64,000 bases of DNA, from assembly GCA_002269645.1 (NCBI GenBank), contig NIVC01003234.1, positions 45,621 through 109,620 on the forward strand, given 5' to 3'. The notes under the pieces were generated by a model. That model did not search any database and was not told where the DNA came from. It was given only the letters and a program-made list of their open reading frames with translations. Source of the DNA: Macrostomum lignano. Its lineage: Eukaryota. Positions 1 through 12,910 of the stretch are shown here, one piece after another (position 1 is the stretch's first letter; each line of letters starts with the position of its first letter). Made by a program: the position numbers and the translations under genes.

Positions 1-1963
1 CAGTCCATGCTAGGAGTGACAGTCCATGCTAGCAGTGACAGTCCATGCTAGTAGTGACAGCCCATGCTAGAAGTGACAGTCCATGCTAGGAGTGACAGTC
101 CATGCTAGGAGTGACAGTCCATCCTGTCCATGCTCGGAGTGACGTTCATGCTAGGAGTGACAGTCCATGCTCGGAGTGACGTTCATGCTAGGAGTGACAG
201 TCCATCCTGTCCATGCTAGGAGTGACAGTTCATGCTAGGAGTGACAGTCCATGCTAGAAGTGACAGTCCATGCTAGGAGTGACAGTCCATGCTAGGAGTG
301 ACAGTCCATCCTGTCCATGCTAGGAGTGACAATTCATCCTAGGATTGACAGTCCATGCTAGAAGTGACAGTCCATGCTAGGAGTGACAGCCCATGCTAGG
401 AGTGACAGTCCATGCTCGGAGTGACAATTCATGCTAGGAGTGACAGTCCATCCTGTCCATGCTAGGAGTGGCAGTTCATGCTAGGAGTGACGTTCATGCT
501 AGGAGTGACAGTTTATGCTAGGAGTGACAGTCCATGCTAGGAGTGACAGTCCATGCTAGCAGTGACAGTCCATGCTAGTAGTGACAGCCCATGCTAGAAG
601 TGACAGTCCATGCTAGGAGTGACAATTCATTCTAGTAGTGACAGTCCATGCTAGGAGTGACAGTCAATGCTAGGAGTGACAGTCCATGCTAGGAGTGACA
701 GTCAATGCTAGGAGTGACGGTCCATGCTAGGAGTGACAGTCCATCCTGTCCATGCTCGGAGTGACGTTCATGCTAGGAGTGACAGTCCATGCTCGGAGTG
801 ACAATTCATGCTAGGAGTGACAGTCCATCCTGTCCATGCTAGGAGTGGCAGTTCATGCTAGGAGTGACGTTCATGCTAGGAGTGACAGTTTATGCTAGGA
901 GTGACAGTCCATGCTAGGAGTGACAGTCCATGCTAGCAGTGACAGTCCATGCTAGTAGTGACAGCCCATGCTAGAAGTGACAGTCCATGCTAGGAGTGAC
1001 AATTCATTCTAGTAGTGACAGTCCATGCTAGGAGTGACAGTCCATGCTAGTAGTGACAGCCCATGCTAGAAGTGACAGTCCATGCTAGGAGTGACAGTCC
1101 ATGCTAGGAGTGACAGTCCATCCTGTCCATGCTCGGAGTGACGTTCATGCTAGGAGTGACAGTCCATGCTCGGAGTGACGTTCATGCTAGGAGTGACAGT
1201 CCATCCTGTCCATGCTAGGAGTGACAGTTCATGCTAGGAGTGACAGTCCATGCTAGAAGTGACAGTCCATGCTAGGAGTGACAGTCCATGCTAGGAGTGA
1301 CAGTCCATCCTGTCCATGCTAGGAGTGACAATTCATCCTAGGATTGACAGTCCATGCTAGAAGTGACAGTCCATGCTAGGAGTGACAGCCCATGCTAGGA
1401 GTGACAGTCCATGCTCGGAGTGACAATTCATGCTAGGAGTGACAGTCCATCCTGTCCATGCTAGGAGTGGCAGTTCATGCTAGGAGTGACGTTCATGCTA
1501 GGAGTGACAGTTTATGCTAGGAGTGACAGTCCATGCTAGGAGTGACAGTCCATGCTAGCAGTGACAGTCCATGCTAGTAGTGACAGCCCATGCTAGAAGT
1601 GACAGTCCATGCTAGGAGTGACAATTCATTCTAGTAGTGACAGTCCATGCTAGGAGTGACAGTCAATGCTAGGAGTGACAGTCCATGCTAGGAGTGACAG
1701 TCAATGCTAGGAGTGACGGTCCATGCCAGGGGTGACAGTCCATGCCAGGGGTGACAGTCAATGCTAGGAGTGACGGTCAGTGCCAGGGGTGACAGTCAAT
1801 GCTAGGAGTGACGGTCCATGCCAGGGGTGACAGTCAATGCTAGGAGTGACGGTCAGTGCCAGGGGTGACAGTCAATGCTAGGAGTGACGGTCCATGCCAG
1901 GGGTGACAGTCAATGCTAGGAGTGACGGTCAGTGTCGGGGTTGACGGTCAGTGCAAGGGTGAC
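1..1963. repeat. 19-bp minisatellite (CAGTCCATGCTAGGAGTGA) with a 999-bp higher-order duplication; runs off the window start
   Basis: Direct tandem copies; variant order at 121 recurs at 1120 and at 601 recurs at 1600. Confidence 0.97.
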
Positions 1964-3389
1964 CAATTAGCAGTCAATTAAAGCTGTGACTAAGAGGCTG
2001 GGCAGCCCAATGCCCGGGGGACTTACTCTGAATGAATGCCCTGACTCGATTTCCCATCCATTCACTCAGGCGAAGGCTCTCGGGGGGGCAGCGCAGAGAA
2101 TTCTGCAGTAAACTCGAACTCAGCTCTAAACCCCCCAGACTTATAGCGCGCTGGCTGGCTCAAGAGCTCAGCTCGAGGAAGCTGCGGATCTCACTTGATG
2201 AAGATCCGGACTTGGCGGAGGCTGGACCGGCTGGGGCTCGAGCCTGGGACCCAGATGTGATTGAAGGGCAAAAAGTGTGAAAGTTTTGCCAGCAACACTG
2301 GGAGAATCTCCGGGCTCAGATGGGGCACTCGAGTGTGTCGGCCCAGCCTCCCCGCACATTGATGCAACTTCGATCCTTTCTGAAATCCCGGACCTGAACT
2401 TTCAATACCTGGCCACGGAGCCTCGCTTCCCCTCTGCCCCCCCCCCCCGCCTCACCTCTCGCTTCCCATGGCATCGGAAGTAAGGGAGGCTCTGCGGCCC
2501 AAAGTTCAGCCAGCGCCACTCCCCAGCGGCTGAGTGGCCGCTGCAATTCAATGAACGGCTCGGGTAGCCTCGAGCAACAGGCGCCATGCAGCAGCCCTCA
2601 GCAACTCTTTTGTGTCCACAAAATCTTCGCTACACAGCAGCTTCCAGCCATGCCAGGCCGCTCAGCTCCCGCTTTTTTCTGCAATGCAGCTGCATGACAG
2701 CCGGCTGGCAACTTGGCCCAGCCTCTCCAACCTGCTGCATCAGGAGCTGGTGCTCCGGCACAGAACAAAGCATTCGGGCTGGGAGCTGGGAATAGATTTT
2801 TGAAAGGCCTGAGTTTAGCAGACCGAACCGATGGGGCGATGCGTTCAGCCTCTTCAGGTGGTCCGGGGACAAAGCGGGGCTTGTGCGCGACCCCGGCGTG
2901 ATTAGCGCAGCATCACTTAGGGAGCCGAGCGGCTGAGACTCCTGCCCGAAAAAACTGTTCCGCTCTGCTTTCTGTCTGAGTCAAAACTCCAGCAGTAGCT
3001 TTTTTATCCCCGGGAGAGGCTTTTAAAACAAAACAAAATGCGAAAGAGAAAAGAGGCCCCACTTAAGCTCGCATCACTCTGGGGATAATAATAACTGAGT
3101 GGAATTTCAAAAGCGGAATTGAACTGCAGTCACTTTAGAGACGCGCCATCATCCTCCCCAGTCTCCGCTATTGAGAGCAGATGCTCACAGCTTAGCGTTA
3201 CCGAGCTGTCTTCTTGATTGCGTCCGCCACCTCCGCGACTGCGCAGCCGTGCAGGCAGGCAGCGCCTCTGAGTGACTGCGGGCTGCATAACTTGCAGCAC
3301 CGCTGCCTTCGTGCTGCGCCAGGTTGAATTCGACTTTGACCAGCTCCGCCAGCTGCTGTGGTGCTGGTGGGAGAGCCGCCTCATCTGCG

Positions 3390-3497
3390 CTGACTACCCT
3401 GCGCCACCCTGACTACCCTGGCGCCACCCTGACTACCCTGGCGCCACCCTGACTACCCTGGTGCCACTCTGACCACCCTGGTGTCACTCTGACTACT
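3390..3497. repeat. about 20-bp minisatellite (CTGACTACCCTGGCGCCACC), about 5 copies
   Basis: Visible tandem copies. Confidence 0.9.
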
Positions 3498-4034
3498 AGG
3501 CCAACTTCATTGTCTAACCAATCTGAATGCAGAGGATTATTAACAGCGGGATGAGCGAGTCTTGGGGGGGCCTTCAACATTTTCCCGAGCGCGACCCTCC
3601 CGCAGTCATTAAAAATTCCGTGTCGTACCGGCCGCTCCCTTTGTGACTCGAATTGACTCGGCCAGGCCATGCGGAATGGCGCGGATAACAAAAGGTAATT
3701 AGAGGCGAATTGGGAGGCTGGGCCGCTGCCTTCCTGGCCCTCGAGGGCTGCTCGGAGATCGAGAAGGCCTGGCATCCCAGCCTCCGCACGCAACTCCAGC
3801 TTCTCAGCTTCATCTGTTTGACTGGAAATGAGACTGCAGAATCTTTTGAACTGCTTGATATGCCAATCTAGTTTTTAGATTTTGCTAACAAAGCTAAAGA
3901 AAATATTAACCATCATTCTAATTGCCGCCGTGCCGTGTGGAGGCGAGCCATCGCGCTTCGGCTTGTTGCAAATCTGCTTGTCTTCTCGGTTGGATGGAGA
4001 GGCATCAGCTTCCAGCTCCCTTGGCAGCTGCCTC

Positions 4035-4318
4035 ATCCCCTCACCGCGCCCCTTCCCTCTCCTTGCGGCACCCCTTCCCTCTCCTCACCGCGCCCCTTCC
4101 CTCTCCTTGCGGCGCCCCTTCCCTCTCCTCACCGCGCCCCTTCCCTCTCCCTGCGGCGCCCCTTCCCTCTCCCTGCGGCGCCCCTTCCCTCTCCCTGCGG
4201 CGCCCCTTCCCTCTCCCTGCGGCGCCCCTTCCCTCTCCCTGCGGCGCCCCTTCCCTCTCCCTGCGGCGCCCCTTCCCTCTCCCTGCGGCGCCCCTTCCCT
4301 CTCCCTGCGGCGCCCCTC
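4035..4318. repeat. 22-bp minisatellite (CGCCCCTTCCCTCTCCCTGCGG)
   Basis: Tandem copies; 22-aa periodicity in the overlapping ORFs. Confidence 0.97.
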
Positions 4319-5271
4319 ATCTTTCAACCGCTCGCCGGGCCCTCTCCACACGGGACCAGCGCAGTTCCTATCAATTCTTCAGAGGCAAACAAAGCCGCTG
4401 CCGCCACCGCCCACTTTCTTTAATTCCTTTGGCTTTCCCGCCTCCGCCCTGCAGTCTCTCGGGCTCTCGGATTTCGCTGCACGGCTGATGCGCGGGCAGC
4501 CGCTGGGATCAATCAGCGGGCGCCAGCCGGAATCTGGCACAGCTCAGCACAGCTCAGCTCAGCTCGGCTGTCACTTGAGACTCCCGGCGGTAACTTTTCC
4601 TCTTCAAGCAGCAAGTGTCGCGCGGTGTCGAGTAGCTTGAAAATCTCCCAAAAAGAAGAAACAGAGAAGTGAGCAGGGGGGGGGGGGTAAAAGGAATGCC
4701 GAAGATCGGCAGGGATCAGCCCTTCAATCAACTCCGCTACGGCCCGAGCTCCATCTGCCTATAGAATTTCCTCAGCCCCGACACCCTGCTAGAAGTGTCG
4801 GCTCTCACCAGGCACTCAACAGCGAAACAGATGAAAGGAAACAAGCGATGAGGCGCTCCCAGCCTCCAGTTGCCACGCCCGAGCGAGCATGGATAGCGGA
4901 GCAATTTTTCATTGCAATTTTTTAGTTTGTTTTCGCATTCGAGCCTCAGCCAGTCACCCTCCCGGCTGGCAAGTGTGGAACAGGTGGCGGAGCGCATCTC
5001 GGGGCCCTTCAAACCGGCAGATCGCTATCGCTAAAAATTTTGCAGATTTTTTAAATTGTTAAAATCTCAGCAAACTGAACAATGGGAGCCCCCGGATTGC
5101 TGCATCAAGTGAATTACTTTGCTCCGAGGATGAGTGCGCTGAGCAGCGCCCGCATCTGATGCGGGAAATTTTTCATTCTTTGTCTGACAGCCTCCCGCCC
5201 CGCAATTTCATCGCGTCAATGACGGCTCGGCGCTCAATAGCGAGCCAAGCCTTTGCTCACAGCGATGGCAG

Positions 5272-5633
5272 GCTATGGCAGTTTGTCCTCAGGTCTGAGC
5301 TAAGAATATGGCAGTTTGTCCTCTGATCTGAGCTGAGACAATGGCAGTTTGTCCTCTGATCTGAGCTGAGACAATGGCAGTTTGTCCTCAGGTCTGAGCT
5401 GAGACTATGGCAGTTTGTCCTCTGGTCTGAGCTGAGACTATGGCAGTTTGTCCTCTGATCTGAGCTGAGACTATGGCAGTTTGTCCTCTGGTCTGAGCTA
5501 AGACTATGGCAGTTTGTCTTCTAGTCTGAGCTAAGAATATGGCAGTTTGTCCTCTGGTCTGAGCTGAGCCTATGGCAGTTTGTCTTCTGGTCTGAGCTAA
5601 GACTATGGCAGTTTGTCCTCTGGTCTGAGCTGA
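5272..5633. repeat. 33-bp minisatellite (CTATGGCAGTTTGTCCTCTGGTCTGAGCTGAGA)
   Basis: Tandem copies; 11-aa periodicity in ORF 5388..5666. Confidence 0.97.
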
Positions 5634-7096
5634 GGCAGCGTCACTGCTCTCTCCATCCCAGCGCACTGGCAGACCTGCGATGGCTGCATCAGCCCCAGCA
5701 GATGCTGCGCTCCGTCACTTCTAATCGGTTTGTCACCTCACACTGGGAGTCGAAATTAGGAGATTTATGACCCCAGCTCAACAGACGGCCGTCCCCAGAA
5801 ACCGTTCTCAGCACGGTTGGCCCCCTGGGTGCAGCTCGGCCTGGGCACCGGCCTGGCCGCTCTCATTGGTCCCGGCTGGCCAGGGGCGGGGAGGCGATGA
5901 GGTGGCTGTCGGGCTGTCCCGGCCCGAAACTCGTGTCTGAGCTGCTGCCCCCTCCGCCCCAAGCCAGAAGTCTTCATAAAGCTGCAGCAGCAGGGGCTCA
6001 ACAGTTTGCCGTCGCGTCCTCAACTTTGCAGTTTCTGTTCTCCCGACGATCTTCTCTCTACACTTCTGCCAAACTCTCGGCTCAAGGCGCAAGGTGAGTG
6101 AGCAGGGTGAGTGGTTTCCTCATTAGCTGAACACGTGTTGCGCGAGACTCTTTGATCCCCGGGCCTGAATTTGATGGGCGGGGCTCCCAGCGGGCCGCAA
6201 ACTTGGAGAAGGAGGGCATCCGCGGAGCCTGGGAGACAAGGCAGGACGAGTTTGAAGAGGGGAGTGGGAAAGAGTTTGAAGCCAAGATGAAGAGGCTTCT
6301 GGGATCTTGGCATTGTACAGGGGGAATATTACTGGGATCAAATTACCTCCTTTCAGAAAGAAAAAACCCTGCCAGCCCGAGCTGCCCTCCCCGTCTCTGG
6401 GAGGAGTTTGTTGAAGGGGCTGAAACAACTTTCTCCGCGGGTGGGGATCAACTTTTCCACTCCAGCGATGCCTGCATCCCAAACACAGCAGCTGCAGGTC
6501 GCCTCCCATTTGTTGTCAGTCTGCATTTATCCAGCAACTCCAGCGCCTCCTTCTCCCCTGAGCCGCTCCCCCCGTAGCTCAGGAAATTTCCCAGCCCAGA
6601 AGCAATTCTGCTGAGTGGGAGCTCGCGATCCAGCAGTTATTACCTGAGCAAAATCTTGTTACGGTTTTGACAGCAGAGAGGTAGGGAATGAGGATAAGTT
6701 GCAGGCTCTGCTCCATCAATTTTTTTCATTTCTTCTCAAACTTTCCTCTGTCACGGGCTCGAAGGAAATGGAAAGGAGAGGGGGAAGTGGAGGGGTAGGG
6801 ACTGCAGGGCGCAGGAAGCTGGAGAGGAAGACCCTGTTTCCGCCGGGAGAGAAGGGATCTAGGAGACAAGGAGACCTGTATGCGCCTCAGAAGAGGCTGG
6901 GAAAGGTGAAACGCGAAGCGGATGAGGCAGCGGCCGAGAAGCCATGAGCAGATTTCGTGCAGTGCCATCGCTCATAAATCAGCGGCCGGCCCGACCGTTG
7001 ACTTGGCCGGCCGAAGTTGCTCAGATCCCCTTCGTTTTAACTTATCCTTCATCTGTTCCCTGTCTCCCGCTGTCTTTCAGTTCATTCGGAGCAAAA

Positions 7097-7388
7097 ATGC
7101 TGAAGGCCGAAGAATCGCAGCAGCAGCCGCCGCCGGAGTCTCCCGCGGTGCCGCCCGTTCCATCGCCGCATCTAGGCGAAATCAAGGTTGAGGCCGAGCT
7201 GGGTGATGAGGCTGAGCCGGATGCTGAAGCTGAGTCGGATGATGAGGCTGGGCTGGTTGATGAGGCTGAACCGAGAAACGAGCTGCTCGTCAATGATGCG
7301 CGGAGTCAGCTGCCGTTTCCTTTGTCGGAGGTGAAACCGGCGTCTAAGAGCGGGGGAACTCGGCCCAGTTCTTGGGGCTCGGCAGATG
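7097..7388 (+). CDS. MYT1: MYT1-like gene, probable first coding exon (acidic, MLKAEESQQQPPPE...SWGSAD); exon likely begins 7081
   Basis: Acceptor tgtctttcag at 7080; ATG 7097; donor ATG|GTGAGT at 7389 is phase 1 and joins in frame to the first zinc-finger exon. An upstream coding exon cannot be excluded. Confidence 0.7.
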
Positions 7389-7398
7389 GTGAGTGCCC

Positions 7399-8700
7399 GG
7401 TGAGGGAGAGTCGGTGAGGGAGAGTCGGTGAGGGAGAGTCGGTGAGGGAGAGTCGGTGAGGGAGAGTCGGTGAGGGAGAGTCGGTGAGGGAGAGTCGGTG
7501 AGGGAGAGTCGGTGAGGGAGAGTCGGTGAGGGAGAGTCGGTGAGGGAGAGTCGGTGAGGGAGAGTCGGTGAGGGAGAGTCGGTGAGGGAGAGTCGGTGAG
7601 GGAGAGTCGGTGAGGGAGAGTCGGTGAGGGAGAGTCGGTGAGGGAGAGTCGGTGAGGGAGAGTCGGTGAGGGAGAGTCGGTGAGGGAGAGTCGGTGAGGG
7701 AGAGTCGGTGAGGGAGAGTCGGTGAGGGAGAGTCGGTGAGGGAGAGTCGGTGAGGGAGAGTCGGTGAGGGAGAGTCGGTGAGGGAGAGTCGGTGAGGGAG
7801 AGTCGGTGAGGGAGAGTCGGTGAGGGAGAGTCGGTGAGGGAGAGTCGGTGAGGGAGAGTCGGTGAGGGAGAGTCGGTGAGGGAGAGTCGGTGAGGGAGAG
7901 TCGGTGAGGGAGAGTCGGTGAGGGAGAGTCGGTGAGGGAGAGTCGGTGAGGGAGAGTCGGTGAGGGAGAGTCGGTGAGGGAGAGTCGGTGAGGGAGAGTC
8001 GGTGAGGGAGAGTCGGTGAGGGAGAGTCGGTGAGGGAGAGTCGGTGAGGGAGAGTCGGTGAGGGAGAGTCGGTGAGGGAGAGTCGGTGAGGGAGAGTCGG
8101 TGAGGGAGAGTCGGTGAGGGAGAGTCGGTGAGGGAGAGTCGGTGAGGGAGAGTCGGTGAGGGAGAGTCGGTGAGGGAGAGTCGGTGAGGAGAGTCGGTGA
8201 GGGAGAGTCGGTGAGGGAGAGTCGGTGAGGGAGAGTCGGTGAGGGAGAGTCGGAGAGTCGGTGAGGGAGTCGGTGAGGGAGAGTCGGTGAGGGAGAGTCG
8301 GTGAGGGAGAGTCGGTGAGGGAGAGTCGGTGAGGGAGAGTCGGTGAGGGAGAGTCGGTGAGGGAGAGTCGGTGAGGGAGAGTCGGTGAGGGAGAGTCGGT
8401 GAGGGAGAGTCGGTGAGGGAGAGTCGGTGAGGGAGAGTCGGTGAGGGAGAGTCGGTGAGGGAGAGTCGGTGAGGGAGAGTCGGTGAGGGAGAGTCGGTGA
8501 GGGAGAGTCGGTGAGGGAGAGTCGGTGAGGGAGAGTCGGTGAGGGAGAGTCGGTGAGGGAGAGTCGGTGAGGGAGAGTCGGTGAGGAGAGTCGGTGAGGG
8601 AGAGTCGGTGAGGGAGAGTCGGTGAGGGAGAGTCGGTGAGGGAGAGTCGGTGAGGGAGAGTCGGTGAGGGAGAGTCGGTGAAGGAGAGTCGGTGAAGGAG
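7399..8700. repeat. 14-bp minisatellite (GGTGAGGGAGAGTC), about 93 copies, starting about 10 nt after a splice donor
   Basis: Near-perfect tandem array. Confidence 0.99.
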
Positions 8701-9349
8701 GTGCAGTGAATCCAGTATTCAGTGAATGTGTTTCTGAGTTTTTGAGCCATCAACAAAGCAATTGTTGTGCAGCGGCACCTCACAGCCGAATGCCTCTTTA
8801 AAAAAGCAGGTTTCTCCAAGCCTTTACTCTGACATTCCGTGAGTTTACGAGCCGCAGTTGTCGGATATCTGTGGGGTATCTGGAACGGGGAGGCGGTCTG
8901 AGAATTGCGCACCCCAGGCACCGGAGCTGCTGTAGGTCGTCCGACCGCAGCCCGCGTGGTTTCAATTTTTAAACACACAGAGAAAGTGGCGGAGAAAAAA
9001 AAGTAAAATTTAAACAGGACGGATTACTAGCCCGGGAGTGAGCAAAGCCGAGACAAGAAAATTAACAAATTTACGTAGCAAGTTGACTGAGGCGAATTCC
9101 GAGACAAGTTTTTCGCGCCTGTTAGGTTTTTTGTTTCTGTCATGCCTGCTTGAGTGTGGAACCATTTTTTTCTGAAATCTTTTTAAATAAGCAATTGCGC
9201 ACCTCGGCAGAACTGAGCTCAGGTCCCCCGGCTGGCCAGTGCTGCAGTCAAGCTGATGCTGCGGTGCCTCTGAACTGCGATGCGGAGAACTTGGGGAGTC
9301 AGGATTTGTTTGTAGGCTGAGTCAATCCGCAGTCAGGAGTGAGTCTCTG

Positions 9350-10070
9350 CCCACCCCTGTCTGTCCCCGATCTGTCAGTCTGTCACCCCTGTCTGTCCCC
9401 GATCTGTCAGTCTGTTACCCCTGTCTGTCCCCGATCTGTCAGTCTGTCACCCCTGTCTGTCCCCGATCTGTCAGTCTGTTACCCCTGTCTGTCCCCGATC
9501 TGTCAGTCTGTTACCCCTGTCTGTCCCGATCTGTCAGTCTGTCACCCCTGTCTGTCCCCGATCTGTCAGTCTGTCACCCCTGTCTGTCCCCGATCTGTCA
9601 GTCTGTTACCCCTGTCTGTCCCCGATCTGTCAGTCTGTCACCCCTGTCTGTCCCCGATCTGTCAGTCTGTTACCCCTGTCTGTCCCCGATCTGTCAGTCT
9701 GTTACCCCTGTCTGTCCCCGATCTGTCAGTCTGTCACCCCTGTCTGTCCCCGATCTGTCAGTCTGTCACCCCTGTCTGTCCCCGATCTGTCAGTCTGTTA
9801 CCCCTGTCTGTCCCCGATCTGTCAGTCTGTCACCCCTGTCTGTCCCCGATCTGTCAGTCTGTTACCCCTGTCTGTCCTTCATCTACAAGTTTGTCTCTGT
9901 CCCTGCCTGTAGATTGTCTGCCCCTGTCTGTAATCTGTCTGCCCCTGCCTATAATCTGTCTGCCCCTGCCTGTAATCTGTCTGCCTCTACCTGTTATCTG
10001 TCTGTCCCTGTCTGTCATCTGTCTGCCCCTACCTGTAGTCTGCCTACATCCAGTCAGTCCCCACCTGTAG
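9350..10070. repeat. 32-bp minisatellite (CTGTCTGTCCCCGATCTGTCAGTCTGTTACCC), degenerate after about 9880
   Basis: Tandem copies; 32-aa periodicity in ORF 9339..10070. Confidence 0.95.
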
Positions 10071-11043
10071 TATCAATTACGCGACCCCCTATCTGAGTCA
10101 TGTCCGCTCCTCATCTAGAACAGGGAGTGAGTTTTGAGTCGCGGGCCAGTGAACTTTGAGTATCAGTTTGCAGGAATTGCAAAAGCCTCAGACTGGGGCT
10201 GCGAACGGGATCAAATTTAAAAAAAATTTCTATCTTATCGCCACTGAGGATGGCGCGTTTTTATTTGTCTTTTATCTTCACTGGCCTCGGGGAAAAAATT
10301 CTGCGTTTCTCATCCGCAGACGCTGGCGGCCCGGCCGCATCGGACCGGCTTCCTAGCTCGTATCCTTGAGCAAAACTTTTTGCCTCTCTAGCCGCATTTC
10401 ATCCCAGGTTGCGGGCCAGGAGGGGGCTTTTATCCCCCAGCGGCTGCTTTCACTTTCCCCCTGCCTCCGCGGCCATTGTTTGGCGCGGCCTGGGCCGCTT
10501 TTTGCTCCTGTCCCGATTTTTTTCTGGGAACGAAGGGAGAAGCCAGCAGGGACTAAGAAATATTTTTGAAAAAAAAACAACTTTGTTCCTGCTCGATGAA
10601 CGAGAACGGACTGGAGGGCCCACCGAGTCTGTCCTGTGGGAGGCAGGCGGGGGATGCGAAATGCGGGGATAAAAGTGGCATCCATCGGCAAAAATGTTAA
10701 TTGTGTTTGCCAGCAGCGGCTCAAACAGGCATTTGGGACCGCAACAACTTCAGAGGCCGCGCTCGCTGTGTGTGTGGGGGGGGGTCAAAGCGCGGCCGGG
10801 GGGGGCCGCCTCGCCTTTTACGTCCAGAACGGCAGGCGGGCGGCGAAGTTGCGTCGGACGCTAAATAATTGCCCGGCCGTGGCCGCCGCTACGGCCGCCT
10901 GTTTTTAAAATCTCCCATGAGAATCCGCTGGATGGCGGGCAGGGCAGGGGTGGGCGGCCCAAGTTTACCAACCCCCCTCCTGAGATGATACAGCTCACCG
11001 ATGCCGCTTCTCAACTGCCAACCCCCCCGCTCTCCCGCCGCAG

Positions 11044-11134
11044 ACTGCAGCCTCAGCGGCGCCGACTCGAAGTGCCCGAACCCGGCGTGCGACGGCTCGG
11101 GCCACTCCACCGGCCTCTACTCCCGGCACAGGAG
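11044..11134 (+). CDS. MYT1: MYT1-like exon: N-terminal part of C2HC finger 1 (KCPNPACDGSGHSTGLYSRHRS)
   Basis: cgccgcag acceptor, AG|GTGAGT donor; matches CPxPxCDGxGHxxGxYxxHRS. Confidence 0.93.
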
Positions 11135-12204
11135 GTGAGTCCTGCTTCATCTATTATGCTTCCCAACAGCGCTGCTGCTTCAAGTGGACCGTGGCCAATC
11201 TGCAACGATTGGGGAAATGTTTTTCGATAATTCTTTGAGGAGATCTCACAGCCCCGCTCTCTGCTGCATTGAAGAGGAATCCGAAATTCATGCATTTCAA
11301 CAAAGCCGAGCGGCTCACGAATAGGCGCAGGGGAGGCCGGGCATGCGGGCCATTTGAATTGAATTACATTTTTTGCTTATCAATCTCGCACAGGTTGGCT
11401 GTGGCTCAACTGATGGGTTTTATTAACCTGCCGAGCTTTCACTTCCGAGATGCCGAGAAGATATGGGAGCTGCAGGAGGAGCTGAGGCCTCTTCTCCCTT
11501 TTCCCGATTAGTTCTGTCCCAGCTCCGCGGGGAAGAGGGGCAGATGCTGGAGTTGGTTTTGAAAAAAGCAACATCAATTCAATTCCTGTGAGAGCTCGGG
11601 GGGATTTCTGCCGGCGCTAAAAAGTAGCTTGGCAGGCCGGGGCTGACACCGCGGCGCGGGGGAGTCGGGGAGCACAGATTGCGAGGCTGAAGAGGGAATT
11701 GAAAAAGCAGAGATCCGCAATGCTGGTATCCCACAGATACTTGTTGCGATTGTCAACTTGGGACAGGGAAATATGCTGGCCTTTTAATGCAGTTTTATCA
11801 AAAGCCCCCGGCTCAGGTTCCCCCAGCCAACTCTCCCTGCTTCTGTTTTTCTTTTCATTTTTTGCGTCTGCCCGGCCCAGCAGTTTCTGCAGCCCATCCC
11901 TTCGCTGATGGGGAACAGAAACGGATAAGTAGGAGGCTGGGGCATTGTGCCTGAAGAGGCCTGAGTCTCAACTGCCTCTGAGAGCTTTGAGCGCTGGGAC
12001 TTTTGTTCAAAAGCCGAATTTTCCCCATCTTCCTCTTGGGGATTTTCTCCTGCGGGTGTTTTTGCTGGCCCGAGAATTGCAGATTCCCGAAAGCCCGCAG
12101 GGGAGGCGCTCCCATGGGGAGAGCACCCTGAGCTGGAAAACTGAGGCCGGTCGTGAAAGCCGATGCGCCCCCGTAATGGCCGCAGAGTCCCCGGCTCGGA
12201 CCCC

Positions 12205-12910
12205 CGATCTCTGATCTCTGATCTCCGTCTGATCTCTTCTCATCTCCGATCTCTCATCTCTCATCTCCGGTCTCTGATCTCTTCTCATCTCCGATCTCTA
12301 ATCTCTCATCTCCGGTCTCTGATCTCCGATCTCTGATCTCCGATCTCTGATCTCCGATCTCTCATCTATTCTCATCTCCGATCTTTGATCTCTTCTCATC
12401 TCTTATCTTTGATCTCTTATCTCCGGTCTCTGATCTCTCATATCTCATGTCTCATGTCTCATCTCCGATCTGTCATCTCTGATCTCTTCTCATCTCTCAT
12501 CTCCGATCTCTCATCTCTGATCTCTTCTCATCTCCGATCTCTAATCTCTCATCTCCGGTCTCTGATCTCCGATCTCTCATCACCGATCTCTCATCTATTC
12601 TCATCTCCGATCTTTGATCTCTTCTCCTCTCTTATCTTTGATCTCTTATCTCCGGTCTCTGATCTCTCATATCTCATGTCTCATGTCTCATCTCCGATCT
12701 GTCATCTCTGATCTCTTCTCATCTCTCATCTCCGATCTCTCATCTCTGATCTCTTCTCATCTCTGATCTCTGATCTCTGATCTCTGATCTCCGGTCTCTG
12801 ATCTCTGATCTCTGATCTCTGATCTCTGATCTCTGATCTCTGATCTCTGATCTCTCAGCTCTGATCCCTGATCTCTCGTCTCTCATCTCCGATCTTTGAT
12901 ATCTTCTCAA
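12205..12910. repeat. Pyrimidine-rich degenerate 7-mer repeat (TCTCTGA/TCTCCGA)
   Basis: Visible low-complexity tandem array. Confidence 0.93.

Noticed and set aside
7344-8978. 544-aa minus-strand ORF (HRLSLTDSPSPTLP repeats)
   Set aside because: It is a translation of the 14-bp minisatellite, antisense in a MYT1 intron; the frame is stop-free by chance.
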